A stretch of DNA of 63,496 nt, filler included, from Octopus bimaculoides (GCF_001194135.2; 7 parts of 7 records of this genome joined end to end with filler, not necessarily neighbours in it); one strand, 5' to 3'; positions 13,869 through 26,299 are shown, counted from the whole stretch's first letter. The notes: a model not told the origin generated them from the letters alone. Program-made: numbers and translations.

Positions 13869-13962
13869 GGCACAGGTGTGGCTGTGTGGTAAGAGGCTTG
13901 CTTCCTACTTCATGGTTCCGTGTTCAGTCCTACTGCATGGCACGCTGGGCAAATGTCTTCTT
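13869..13962 (+). mobile_element. SINE family A 5' head fragment (intronic)
   Basis: gtggctgtgtggtaagaggcttgcttcc...ggttccgtgttcagtcc...gggcaaatgtcttct matches the head of 21951-22385. Confidence 0.75.
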
Positions 13963-14009
13963 GTGATGATGGTGATGATGATGATGATGTATTTCTTTTC
14001 TATTTCCAG

Positions 14010-15839
14010 TGTGTCGATCCACTTCTTACAATTATGGAAAGATTCTTCATCCACCAAAAATGACAACAATGCCTTAGAAAAGGAAACCGATGCTTGTCCC
14101 CAAAATACGGAAGATGACTTCAAGACAACTGTCCATGGAGATTTATTTTCTTATTCAGAAGAAGCCATTATGAAAATAATAGACGAAAGTGACCAAAGAG
14201 CTAGAATTCCTGATTCTTCTTCAAATAAAAATGATACTCAGAAGAAACTTTCAGAAATAAATTGGTCGTCTGTAGAGAAAGAAAATATCAACAAAGAACA
14301 TTTGTTGAAGAATTCCCAGTCAGGGAGTAAAAATGGCAGCGGAGAGTCCGAAGATAATGTGAAGAGTTCTTCCTCTTTTAACATCTCAACTACAAACGAG
14401 ATGCAAATTCTAGACATGTCAGAGCCACCACAAAACATTTCAGCAATCACAGAGTCACCCTCACCACCATCAGTACCACGACCCTCACCTTCAGCACCAA
14501 CAGCAGCTCCGTCAACATCATACACGTCAGAGAGAAAAATGTCATTAGCTGATATAGTTTTCCCTACAGCTAATAAATCAGCATCGTCTCCACTTCATCC
14601 CTCTACCCCAGTCACATCAAACTCACCATTTCAGTCTGTACAACCCTCGGCATCCACCTCACAGCCACAAGAAACGTCTTCTAAAAGCCTGACATCGCAG
14701 CTGCTCACTCACGAAGCTGTGTTCATTAATGTGTCAACAGTTTTTGCCAACAAGCACACGTCAGAGTCTGCTGGAGACCTTCCTGTAACTAAGGCACCAT
14801 CGGCATCAACGCCAGCAACAACAACACCGACTACAACAACAACACCGACTACAACAACACTGACTACAACAGCACCAACAACAACAGCACCAACAACAAC
14901 ACCGACTACAACACCAACACCAACAACAACNNNNNNNNNNNNNNNNNNNNNNNNNNNNNNNNNNNNNNNNNNNNNNNNNNNNNNNNNNNNNNNNNNNNNN
15001 NNNNNNNNNNNNNNNNNNNNNNNNNNNNNNNNNNNNNNNNCGACTACAACAACAACACCGACTACAACAACACTGACTACAACAGCACCAACAACAACAG
15101 CACCGACTACAACAGTACCAACAACAACAACACCGACTACAACAACACTGACTACAACAACAACACCGACTACAACAACACTGACTACAACAGCACCAAC
15201 AACAACAGCACCAACAACAACACCGACTACAACACCAACACCAACAACAACACCAACAACAGAATCAACACCAACAACAACAACAACACCAACAACAACA
15301 CCAACAACAACAACAACAACAACAACACCAACATCAGAGAGTACAACAGACTCAACTACTGAACATCTCACAACCACAGCAAATATCCATCCAACTACTA
15401 CCACTACTACCACTACTACTACTACTACTACTACTAGCTCTGCAACAACATCAGCAGCAGCAGAGACAACAATGCCAACAACAGATAATGATGGCTTATC
15501 GATGACTTCGATGCCAGACAATACAGACAACCCACAGGTGGACACCACAGCAGACCCACAGGGGAACAATGCAAATAATATGGAGATGAACAGTACAGAC
15601 GCTTCGCTGGTGAACAGTACTGATGCTTCACTGGTGAACAGTACTGATGCTTCACTGGTGAACAGTACTGATGCTTCACTGGTGAACAGCACAGCAATAA
15701 GTGAAGCAATGACCATGACAGAAAAAATTGGAAAGGAAAGCTCTGATGTTGTACTCTGGCCGGTCGCAGTAGGTCTTGTGATTGGAATTCCTTCGCTTAT
15801 TATCTTTTCAATTGCTTTTTGCATCATAATGAAGCAAAG
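14010..15839 (+). CDS. Exon D: Ser/Thr/Pro-rich mucin-like stalk plus a single TM helix (VVLWPVAVGLVIGIPSLIIFSIAFCIIM)
   Basis: tttctatttccag acceptor and aag|gtgagc donor. Open frame on both sides of a 110-nt gap. Long PTT/TTA repeats, then a hydrophobic helix followed by KQR (positive-inside). Confidence 0.88.
14812..15435 (+). repeat. Coding VNTR for the Thr/Pro-rich (PTS) mucin repeats
   Basis: Recurrent ccgactacaacaacactgactacaacagcaccaacaacaacagca units, an (act)n run and an assembly gap inside the array. Confidence 0.85.
15589..15693 (+). repeat. 24-bp coding tandem repeat (NSTDASLV)x4 + NST
   Basis: aacagtactgatgcttcactggtg units read directly; the first unit is slightly diverged. 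Confidence 0.92.
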
Positions 15840-16547
15840 GTGAGCATCATCGTACCATTTTGTCACTTCAGAAGTAGGGGTGGAGTAAGAAGTGGGGTGG
15901 GGGGATTTGGGTGGGGTTAAGAGAAAGATAACGGGGACACAGTGACTTCCATAGCAAAGAAGACTTTTCCCAATTGTGGTTAAGACTGACCAGGAGTTGA
16001 ATAGTTGAATATATATATATATATATTAATAATAATAATAATATGACAACAAAAGAATGAAAGAGACCTCGATATTATGTAAATAGAAGAATTTATCTAT
16101 AAATATAATACGTGACAATTAGCTGGTTGTCATAATAAAACTCAGAGTTTCGGATGCTGGGGCTGAAGTCTGTTCTAGCATCTCATCAGTTAAGACAAAC
16201 AAAAAAACACTATGAAAAAAAAAAACCCGGTGAATAAAGGGAAATTACTCCAATAGGCATAGGGAAAGTAAAACTTTGTTCATAGAATCTGCATATGCAC
16301 ACATGTACATGTATACATACATGTACGCACTCACACACACATATGTGTGTGTATATATCTATATATATAGCTAGCGAATATGACCCTGTGTCAGTATAAA
16401 AGAAGTAAGAAGCAGGAAAGAGTTTAGTGAGTAATCACAACTGTAATTAAACACGCTGTAATTAAACAGTAATCACAGCTGTAATTAAACTGCATCTGGC
16501 TGGTTAGACTTATTTATTATTATTGATATTAAAAGCTAGAGTGAGGC

Positions 16548-16815
16548 AGTGAGCTGCTGGCGGAATCGTTAGCCAAGCGGAATGTTTTCTGGCATTTCTT
16601 CCGTCTTTACGTTCTGAGTTCAAATTCTGCAGAGGTTGACTTTGCCTGTCATCCTCTCAGGGTCGATAAAACAAGTACCAGTTGAGTACTGGGGGGGGTC
16701 GATGTAATTGACTTATTGCCTCCCCTAAAATTGCTGACCTGGTGCCAAACTACCCCTTTCACCTTTCCAGGGTCAATAAAATACCCCAAATTTCAGTCCT
16801 TGTGCCCACAGCAGA
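16548..16815 (+). mobile_element. tRNA-derived SINE, family B
   Basis: gagctgctggcggaatcgttag...ttctgagttcaaattc...gactttgcc...gggtcgataaaacaagtaccagttgagtactgggg, shared with 17540-17895, 27420-27555, 55622-56060 and 58935-59345. Confidence 0.8.
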
Positions 16816-17539
16816 AAGGATTATTATTATTATTATTATTATTTTATGTTTGACTTTTGTTTTGCATTTGTACAAGTTGGATCCAAGTCTCACCCAGAGA
16901 CCTCAAGAGACAACAAGTTAGAAGTTCATGTAGGTGTTATGCCTAGGGTACCATATATTTGGATTTGTACAGTTTTGTTCAAGTGAATGTTTAAGAAACC
17001 ATAAGAAAATTATGTTTGCTTTAAAATTTGAGATCACATAGACAGTATTTTACGTAGGATATGGGCAGTTCCCATGAGCACTATCTTTTGATTATTATTA
17101 TTCAGAAGCTATTACATACTAATTAAATTTGCTGGGATTTTATTCTGAGGTTTAGTTATGCCAAGAATCTTCCTCCATAGAATTCTTGAGGGGAAACAGG
17201 GAGACACTTGTCTGCAGGTCAACAAGGTCTCCATTTTAATATCACATTCAGCCCCTTAGGTAGCAGCCTGGGTATTGTACCAGGTGAACCATTTCTACAG
17301 CAACAAGCTGTTTTACATTTATGTCCCCACAATTTCTTCCTGGTCCTAATTTTCCACAATTTTCTCAATTTCTTTGATGCTCAATCTACTGTCATATACT
17401 ATCACAAAGTCTATGATCTCACACTATTTTGTTTTGTTTTTATTATTATTATTGTTGTTGTTGCTGTGGTTGTTATTAATTTTGATTTTAATATTTTTTT
17501 TTTAAATATTAAGACAGAAAGCTGGCAAGACCCTTGACA

Positions 17540-17895
17540 TGTCGGACAAAATGCTTAGCGGCATTCCATCCGTCTTTGCATTCTAAGTTCAAATGTTGCC
17601 AGTGCTGACACTTTGGTTTTCATCCAATCGGAGTCAATGAAATAAGTACCAGTTATACACTGGTGATCAACGTAATCAACTGACCCCCCTTCAACGAAAT
17701 TGTTGATCTTGTGTCAAAATTTGAAAGCAATATTTTTTTCACTATTATTATTAATGTTATTTATGAGGTCAACTTTGCCTTTCATCCTTTCGGGGTCGAT
17801 TAAATAAGTACCAGTTACACACTGGGGTCAATGTAATCGACTTGATCCTTTCCCCCAAATGTCAGGCCTTGTGCTTCCAGTAGAAAGGATTATTC
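17540..17895 (+). mobile_element. Two SINE family B copies or fragments in tandem
   Basis: Two successive gactttgcctttcatcc...taagtaccagttacacactgg blocks. Confidence 0.7.
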
Positions 17896-17946
17896 ATGTT
17901 ATTTATATTACTATTATTATCATTATTATTATTATTCATACAGCAG

Positions 17947-17971
17947 GTGTGAAAGAGGAGGAGGATTTTAA
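17947..17971 (+). CDS. Probable terminal coding exon of the mucin-stalk protein: (R)CERGGGF*
   Basis: T-rich tract + cagcag (NAGNAG) acceptor. A phase-2 join with exon D gives KQRCERGGGF then TAA. No transcript evidence is available. Confidence 0.5.
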
Positions 17972-18049
17972 AGATGAGACCCCTCACTGTATATAACCTT
18001 TGACATGTTGTACAAGATCAAAATGTTTTCATATTTAAATGTTTCTTTA

Positions 18050-18093
<44 letters not shown>

Positions 18094-18853
18094 NNNNNNN
18101 NNNNNNNNNNNNNNNNNNNNNNNNNNNNNNNNNNNNNTTAATTAATTAANNNNNNNNNNNNNNNNNNNNNNNNNNNNNNNNNNNNNNNNNNNNACACACA
18201 CACACACACACACACAGAGAGAAACACACGCACACACACACGTATAGCATAAAATAATTTTTTTTAATGGAGACAATACTCTGTGTGTAGTTTCGTGCTC
18301 GTTTATGAGCTAAGGAATAATAAAAAGAATTTGTAGACGATGAAAATTCCAGTTGTCAGTATTGTACATCCGAAAACGAAATCGTGCTTGCAGTGATTTA
18401 TAAGTTTAGGATATGATACATGCTTATATTAAAAATTCAAAATATAAAAAAGTAATAAAGGATAGCAAAGAATATAACAAAAATAATACGATATAAAGTG
18501 TAAATGAAGTAAGATATAAGAACATGAAAACCGTGTACACGTGTGTAGGATACATATATTTGAGGGCGAATAAATAGAGTTCACTAGTACGAGATATCAT
18601 GAAAGTAAAAGTTTGTTAAAAACTATGAAATGTAAAAATCAGTTAAAAACTGACGGCTGTTTCAGAAAATATTAAGGGGCTGTAGGAACAGTCCGTATTC
18701 AACTCCATCGAATAATATTTCCTTCTTCGGGGTTTTATGCTTGTGGTAAGGTTCATTTAAAATTCTACATGATGAATTCCTATTGGTGGGTGGACGTCGA
18801 ATGATTAAATAATTAAAAATATAACCGGCGAAATTGCTACAGGAGCACCCACA

Positions 18854-18893
<40 letters not shown>

Positions 18894-19224
18894 NNNNNNN
18901 NNNNNNNNNNNNNNNNNNNNNNNNNNNNNNNNNNNNNNNNNNNNNNNNNNNNNNNNNNNNNNNNNNNNNNNNNNNNNNNNNNNNNNNNNNNNNNNNNNNN
19001 NNNNNNNNNNNNNNNNNNNNNNNNNNNNNNNNNNNNNNNNNNNNNNNNNNNNNNNNNNNNNNNNNNNNNNNNNNNNNNNNNNNNNNNNNNNNNNNNNNNN
19101 NNNNNNNNNNNNNNNNNNNNNNNNNNNNNNNNNNNNNNNNNNNNNNNNNNNNNNNNNNNNNNNNNNNNNNNNNNNNNNNNNNNNNNNNNNNNNNNNNNNN
19201 NNNNNNNNNNNNNNNNNNNNNNNN

Positions 19225-19715
19225 NNTATATATAAATCCAAAACACGGAACAAGAACGTAACGGACGACAATAAAAACGTACAGACAGATGGGCGATACA
19301 AAGACAGACAGGAAAACCAGGACAGAACATTCGTGGCTTTCTATTCATCAGTCAAGCTTCCAAACATTACAGTTTCGGCCTGTTACACTTGAAACTGTTC
19401 TAAATTGGTAGGCTCCAAAAAATCTAAGCTAAGAGCATTAAATTTTGGGAAGAGAGCGAGCGAAAACAGGGACAAAAAGAAAAAGGAACGAGAAAACGGA
19501 GAAAATGTTACACGATTATAAATACAAACAAAAAAATAATAACAGTTGTGTCTTTCGACTAAAACGACAAGTTAAGTTAAGCTGGCGTGTGAAGTGGAGG
19601 CCTTGCGGCAACAAACATAATTGAAAGTCAGGAGACAGGAACATAAGGTGTTGTGCGAGGGGCGGTCAGGTCAAGAAAGAAAGATGATGCTTCGCTGAGC
19701 ACCGAGCGCGATATA
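19225..19715 (-). mobile_element. Probable Penelope-like pLTR-type dispersed repeat
   Basis: Starts at a (TA)n tract, is strongly purine-biased on the + strand and carries a decayed CTGATGA...GAAT motif on the - strand. The assignment is by resemblance only. Confidence 0.35.
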
Positions 19716-19719
19716 TATG

Positions 19720-20590
19720 CAGGGTGCAGTGAATAAATTTACGTTTAATTATGCAAAAATCGAAATAACACTGACATCTCATTTTAAAAGATGTAATTTA
19801 AAAACAAATTACATAAAAATATCTTGAAATACTAAAGAGTAAATTTATTCCATAATATTACCATTGGTTTCAACTACGGCATCCAGACAACTTCAGAATT
19901 TTCTGCAACTCTTCGGGACAGTCTTCTTGTTTAAGTTGGTGAATGCTGCCATAATCCTTGTCTTCAGTTCATTTTCGGTACTACAAGGAATTTTGTTCGT
20001 CTCTTGCTCAACTGCGTCCCACACACATAATAATCAAGGGGGTTGCAGTCTAGGGAGTTAGGTAGTCAGATGTTAGGGGTGATATGGTCGCAGAAATTGT
20101 CTAACAGCCATGACTGGGTTCTCCTGCTTGTGTGGCATGGTGCCAGATATAGGCTCTTCTAGCGGCCACTCTCTTCACCCAGCGCAGCACTACCTCCCCT
20201 AGGCACTTGATGTAGGCTTCCGTGTTGAGTGTAAGGTTGTGAGGGAAGATGAGCGGTGGCAAAACGTCGCTATCATTAGTGATCACTTCAAACACCATGA
20301 CGTTGACTGGATTTAAGGTTTTTTATCACTTTCGGTACATGTCCTCAGATTGCACTGTCCTCAGCTTGACACTCAAACATTCTGAAAATGTTCGTATTGG
20401 ACCTTCGACGCAAATGACAAGCAGCACAGCATGTTGTTTCCAAATTTCTGGTAGAGTGAATTGCATCATGGCTTTTTTCACAGACGGTGCCCAAGTGACC
20501 CTACTATACTTTGCAGTAGACAAAATATCAAAAACAAACAATGCGCTTGCGCGAAATTAAAAGTATAAAATGTCGACAATTTACCTATCG
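19720..20590 (-). mobile_element. Tc1/mariner (maT/rosa-like) transposon, internally deleted
   Basis: Minus-strand peptides MVFEVITNDSDVLPPLIFPHNLTLNTEAYIKCL and PNI*LPNSLDCNPLDYYVCG (WPPxSPDxNPLD motif), plus N-terminal PEIWKQHAVLL...ISECL-like segment. TIR-like cagggtg at 19720. Confidence 0.8.
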
Positions 20591-20917
20591 NNNNNNNNNN
20601 NNNNNNNNNNNNNNNNNNNNNNNNNNNNNNNNNNNNNNNNNNNNNNNNNNNNNNNNNNNNNNNNNNNNNNNNNNNNNNNNNNNNNNNNNNNNNNNNNNNN
20701 NNNNNNNNNNNNNNNNNNNNNNNNNNNNNNNNNNNNNNNNNNNNNNNNNNNNNNNNNNNNNNNNNNNNNNNNNNNNNNNNNNNNNNNNNNNNNNNNNNNN
20801 NNNNNNNNNNNNNNNNNNNNNNNNNNNNNNNNNNNNNNNNNNNNNNNNNNNNNNNNNNNNNNNNNNNNNNNNNNNNNNNNNNNNNNNNNNNNNNNNNNNN
20901 NNNNNNNNNNNNNNNNN

Positions 20918-20965
<48 letters not shown>

Positions 20966-21180
20966 GTTATATATACATACAAATACATATACATATATAT
21001 ACACACACATATAAAGCTTTGTGCATACACTTGTATAGAATGGTCCAAAAGAAGGTAGGTAACTAAACTGGTGAAATAAAAATAGAAGATCAAAAATTAT
21101 TGATAATTTTTTAAAAATTAGAGCAGGCAAAATACACACCAAATAATCATAATAACAAACTTTTCTTTCTTCTACTCCTT

Positions 21181-21239
21181 TTGATGATGATGATGACGAC
21201 GACGACTACGACGACGATGATGATGATGATGATGATGAT

Positions 21240-21278
<39 letters not shown>

Positions 21279-21466
21279 GTGTTGATGATGGCTAATGTAT
21301 CAATGATGTTTATTTTGTTTATAACGAGTCTGACAATAATTTATTTTGGCTAGGCTCCATGCCAATTATGACAAGAAACATGGAATGTTATTCTGATTGG
21401 CAGCGTGTTGTGTGAATTCCAGAAGGCATCAGCAATAGCAATAATAATAATAATAATAACAACAAC

Positions 21467-21550
<84 letters not shown>

Positions 21551-21555
21551 AAGAA
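21181..21555. repeat. (GAT)n/(GAC)n and (AAT)n/(AAG)n trinucleotide microsatellites
   Basis: Read directly from the sequence. Confidence 0.9.
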
Positions 21556-21950
21556 TTTAAAGCTAATAATAGTTTCAAATACCAAGAAGTTTCAGCGGGA
21601 AGATAGCATTAAAAAGAAACTAAACCACTAACGAAGCTTTCTAAATAAGAGCGTTAATTAAAATAACTTGTAGATACTGTTATTGAATAGAAAGACATAC
21701 TGTATGTTGTCATTGGATTTCTTTAAGGTAATCTGGCATTAATGGCTGTACTATTAGAATAGTCACCCGAAAAATTACTGATGAAAACGTCGGCAGTTAC
21801 TCTGAGATACAAAAGAAGGTGACAGATTTTGTTATCGTGACTGGTGAGGTGAGTTGGCAAAAAGATTAGGTCTCTGATTCTAATTCCGCCAAATGTCCAT
21901 CAATAATGCGTCTGATTTTTCTCTGTAGGCTTTTGTTGAACCAAATACGA

Positions 21951-22385
21951 GCAAACGTGGCTGTGTGGTAAGAAGCTTGCTTCTCGACCACATGGTTCTG
22001 AGTTCAGTTTCACTGCGTGGCACTTTGGGCAAGTGTCTTCTATTATAGCCTCGGGCCGACTAAAGCCTTGTGAGTGGATTTGGTAGGCGGAAACTGAAAG
22101 AAACCTGTCGTATATATGTGTGTGTGAGTGTGTGTGTGCAAGTGTTTGTGTGTGTGTATGTTGATATATATGTGTGTGTGTTTGCCCCCACCATCGCTTG
22201 CCAACCGATGTTGGTGTGTTTGCGTCCTTGTAACTTAACAGTTCGACAAAAGAGACCGATAGAATAAGTACTAGGCTTAAAAAGAATAAGTTTTGGGATC
22301 GATTTCTACAACTAGAAATCCTTTAAGGTTGTGTTCCAGCATGGCCGCAGTCAAGTGACCGAAACAAGTAAAAGAATAAAGGAAT
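21951..22385 (+). mobile_element. tRNA-derived SINE, family A, near full length
   Basis: Pol III A-box-like tggctgtgtggtaag and B-box-like ggttctgagttcag, an internal (TG)n tract and a gtaaaagaataaag tail. Confidence 0.88.
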
Positions 22386-22799
22386 ATAGATAGGGGCGTT
22401 GAACAATGATCTTTCGTATGCGTGGATTTTAGTCAGGACATGAAGAAGATTTTGCAAATGGAGTGTGATGTAACAGATGTTGGTGTTCAGTTTCCGGTCA
22501 GCCCCTTTGAAGCAGATCTATGACCAAAGACATTCTAGCTATGATCATTCTTAGATTTTGTACATCTGGGATTATAATGTTTAAAGTCTATTTTCCCTTT
22601 TAAGAAAACAATGTGTTGTATGAGGGAATTTGTTTACTATATATTTCTAGCAGCTGCGAACAGCTATGATACAATATCTTGAGGTGACAGATTTTGCTTC
22701 AATGAAACAAATAAAGTAAATTGGTTAAAAACCGCTCATCAATCATATAAAAGTGGAGCTGATGTGCTAATTATAGTTCCTTTTAGAATGCTTTGAGAA

Positions 22800-23700
22800 A
22801 TTTATTTCAGACCCTATGACTCCTTTAGCAGTTCAGGACCCAAGGACAAAAAGAAGGATGCCTATTTTAGAACTAGATGAAGAAAACAGTTACAGGCATA
22901 TATATTTAATAATACAGAAGAAGAAATGATATTCAGGATAGTGTTTTAGTGTTTATGTTTTGTTCTGTTCTGTTGTTGATGCACTCAATTCAAATTCCAC
23001 TTTTATAAAGTCTAGATCGATAAGTAAACTACTAGTTCAGTGCATAGGTCATTATTTTCCTATCCTATTGCCTTTCTTCCAAGAAGAAATTGATCAAATT
23101 GATACTTGGAGTGGAATGATCTCTATAAAGATTTTTAAAATGTGGTCAAAGACACGCCGTATGCACGGACGGCGTGCCTATGTTATCTTCAGCAGTAAAG
23201 AGCCCAAGGATATAAGGAAAGATGCAAGTTTTAGAACTAGGGCAAGAGAGTGGTTATAAACCCAACATGTATTTGATAATGGGGAAGAAGTAATAATATT
23301 TTAGATGCTGTTCATGCTTTGCTTCACTCTAGTGTTTTTAAGGCTCTTAAAAGCCATTATGAAAAGATTAGACACGTAATTACAGAGAGTGCTAAGAGAA
23401 AAACTTGTTGCTATAAATTTCTGAACAAAAAATTAATCCTTTAACAAAAAGCATTAGACTTTCATATGGATAGTGCTATGGCCACTGTGCTGCTTTAGTG
23501 CTAAGGCAATTTGACTTTAGCGTTCTTTGCAAAAAAAGTGCCTGTATCTTAATCTTCATTTAACGTAAACAGTTGTGGGCAGAAATGAAGAATCTTACCC
23601 CAAATTTAAAGAAGTTCCTATATAAAGATATAAACTCATAATTATTGAGTAGTAAGTAGAGGACCTATATACGTAGCCATTTGACAGTATTAAATTACTG
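22800..23700 (+). mobile_element. Highly decayed hAT (Buster/Charlie-like) transposase remnant
   Basis: Frame-broken peptides FFQEEIDQ.., AVCTDGVPM (CTDGAxxM motif), LQRVLREKLVAINF and MDS resemble hAT DDE-domain segments. Confidence 0.45.
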
Positions 23701-23929
23701 AAGCTCTTAAGCAAATGCCGCACGGCATTTTTTCCGACCTGAAGAAAATTTTAACTGGGCCACATCTGAAAAGTCATGCGCAGTTTATCTTGATATGAGA
23801 ACACCATGTCGTGCACGCATGGTGTACCCTTATCAGACGGGTATATTGAGCTTTCTATATTTGTATCCCAGTGTCACTTTGATGGCATGCACTGCTCTCT
23901 CACTGAACAATAAAAACAACAACAACAGA

Positions 23930-24330
23930 GAAACCGAATCATTAATTATAGCCGCTTGTATAAAACCCATTAAAAGGAACTTGAAAGAGACACAGATTGG
24001 GGAAACTCAACCAAAGAGCAAACGAAGAATGTGTAGAGAAGGACATGAAAATATTAACCGTCATTTAAATGTATACAGTAAGATAATATAAAAAGAGTAT
24101 AAGCACAGCCATGACTGCTGGTAAAAGAGAGCATTGGAATGTTAGCCGAGTTTATAGGTTTAAAGTGATAGCGATAAGATATGAACACATGTCAGCTGGT
24201 GTGAAATTGAATCATTAGAAGAACTTAACATTTCTCAATAAAAAACTGACCATAATTTTGAAGCAAGGAGACCAGTTATGATTGCAGAGGACAAAAGGTG
24301 ATTCCACGAACTGAGCGATACCTCAAAGAT
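23930..24330 (+). mobile_element. R4/Dong-like non-LTR retrotransposon 3' fragment
   Basis: ETESLIIAA, decayed zinc knuckle SKRRMCREGHENINRH and SIKTDHNFEARRP (RLE PD region). Confidence 0.55.
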
Positions 24331-25399
24331 TGAGGTGGTTAGTTAAAATGTCTAACATCGGATTTGGGCAAAGTTTGCATGTTATTCCGAATGTGGAATA
24401 GATGCTCACAGAAGCAATCACCTAGACGACCGACTTCCCTCATGTGCAAAAATTTCTACTGGGTTTATAGCTTATGCAATAAATAAAGTAGTCGATGACT
24501 CAGAAGTGGGATCAAGAACTGATTGTGACTGCACTGTTGGAGATGAAGAAATAAGTGTAGCTGTCAAAACATTAGCATGTGAATGTGCTGAGATAGGGAG
24601 GCTATCATTAGTGATACAGAAGTCGAACAAAGTGACATAAGTATCGGAGATGTTAGCGGCAAACAACATTTATCACATTAAGAAGTCCTTAGGTTAGCAT
24701 ATTCCATCATAAGAAAGGAATGACTCTGATTCAAAATGCCAAATAAATAATTTTATAAGATACCGCCATTGAAAATGGAACTTCTGATGCCCAATGAAAG
24801 CGAGCAAGGGTTAGATCTTCTACGTGGTCAACCTACATTCTCAGCAGCAACCCATCCCCATTAAACTTAAAATGAAGAGGACGAACATTTCGTATTATGA
24901 ACCATAGGAGAGTATGCTCACCCCCTACGCTATGCTAAAAATGTGATGGCTACAATTAGAATTTAGATTGGACAATTTTCTTCGACCAGATATTTTTGTG
25001 TGTGAGGTACATCCAAGCGAAGCAGAATGGAAATACTCATGACAACAAGAGCAACAACAAAAGCAGCAACAAGAACAACAACAGTGGTAATATAATTCAG
25101 TTCACATGGCTTTCTTTAAATAGTTAATCAATAAAGACAGAGATACAGAGTCCTGGAGTCTTGAAGAAATGTTTACAAATGGTCAGCAATCCTCATTTTT
25201 ACTTTAGTTGTGTATTATAGGTTTTGTTCCTTTTCTCTTATAGTTTGTTTTATTTGTATTCCCTTTTCCTGCGTTTGTTTGATTTTGGTTCAGGACATTT
25301 TATTATTCAATATTCCAGTAGCTGAGAAGGGTTTGTTTGCCAACGATGATAAGAATAGTAGAAAAAATAATGATAATAATAATTTTTACTTTATTTGTC

Positions 25400-25462
25400 A
25401 CAACAACAACGGCAACAACGACGACGACGACGACAATAATAATAATAATGATAATAATAATG

Positions 25463-25544
<82 letters not shown>
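25400..25544. repeat. (AAC)/(GAC)/(AAT)n microsatellite running into a gap
   Basis: Read directly from the sequence. Confidence 0.9.
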
Positions 25545-26299
25545 NNNNNNNNNNNNNNNNNNNNNNNNNNNNNNNNNNNNNNNNNNNNNNNNNNNNNNNN
25601 NNNNNNNNNNNNNNNNNNNNNNNNNNNNNNNNNNNNNNNNNNNNNNNNNNNNNNNNNNNNNNNNNNNNNNNNNNNNNNNNNNNNNNNNNNNNNNNNNNNN
25701 NNNNNNNNNNNNNNNNNNNNNNNNNNNNNNNNNNNNNNNNNNNNNNNNNNNNNNNNNNNNNNNNNNNNNNNNNNNNNNNNNNNNNNNNNNNNNNNNNNNN
25801 NNNNNNNNNNNNNNNNNNNNNNNNNNNNNNNNNNNNNNNNNNNNNNNNNNNNNNNNNNNNNNNNNNNNNNNNNNNNNNNNNNNNNNNNNNNNNNNNNNNN
25901 NNNNNNNNNNNNNNNNNNNNNNNNNNNNNNNNNNNNNNNNNNNNNNNNNNNNNNNNNNNNNNNNNNNNNNNNNNNNNNNNNNNNNNNNNNNNNNNNNNNN
26001 NNNNNNNNNNNNNNNNNNNNNNNNNNNNNNNNNNNNNNNNNNNNNNNNNNNNNNNNNNNNNNNNNNNNNNNNNNNNNNNNNNNNNNNNNNNNNNNNNNNN
26101 NNNNNNNNNNNNNNTGAATGAAAGCATTCCTTATAATGGTCACGTTGACAGAGTTAAAAATACCGGGGTTGAGATTTTAAAGCTAACAGGTTTTAGATTC
26201 TCTATTCTTAAGTTCAAATCACACGAAAGTTAATTATCTGATATTTTTATCCCGTGAAGTTTCGTAAAGTAGGTAAATGGCGTTAAGTACACGAGAGAT

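Noticed and set aside
13876-14009. N-terminus of the 655-aa ORF (MWLCGKRL...MMMM) as a signal peptide
   Set aside because: It is a SINE head plus a (GAT)n tract and the polypyrimidine tract of an intron. The real exon starts at 14010, and the ORF's stop is probably a splice donor.
15589-15693. Regular short repeats as a CRISPR-like array
   Set aside because: The units are directly tandem with no spacers, lie in a eukaryotic coding exon, and no cas genes are present.
14709-15866. 385-aa Val/Gly-rich antisense ORF
   Set aside because: It is the mirror of the ACN/CCN-rich mucin codons, which lack antisense stops.
19321-19357. Hammerhead on the - strand (CTGATGA...GAAT)
   Set aside because: GAAA is mutated and neither stem I nor stem II pairs; at most it is a relic.
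21951-22030. tRNA gene
   Set aside because: A- and B-box-like motifs are present, but there is no full cloverleaf and the sequence continues into a SINE body.
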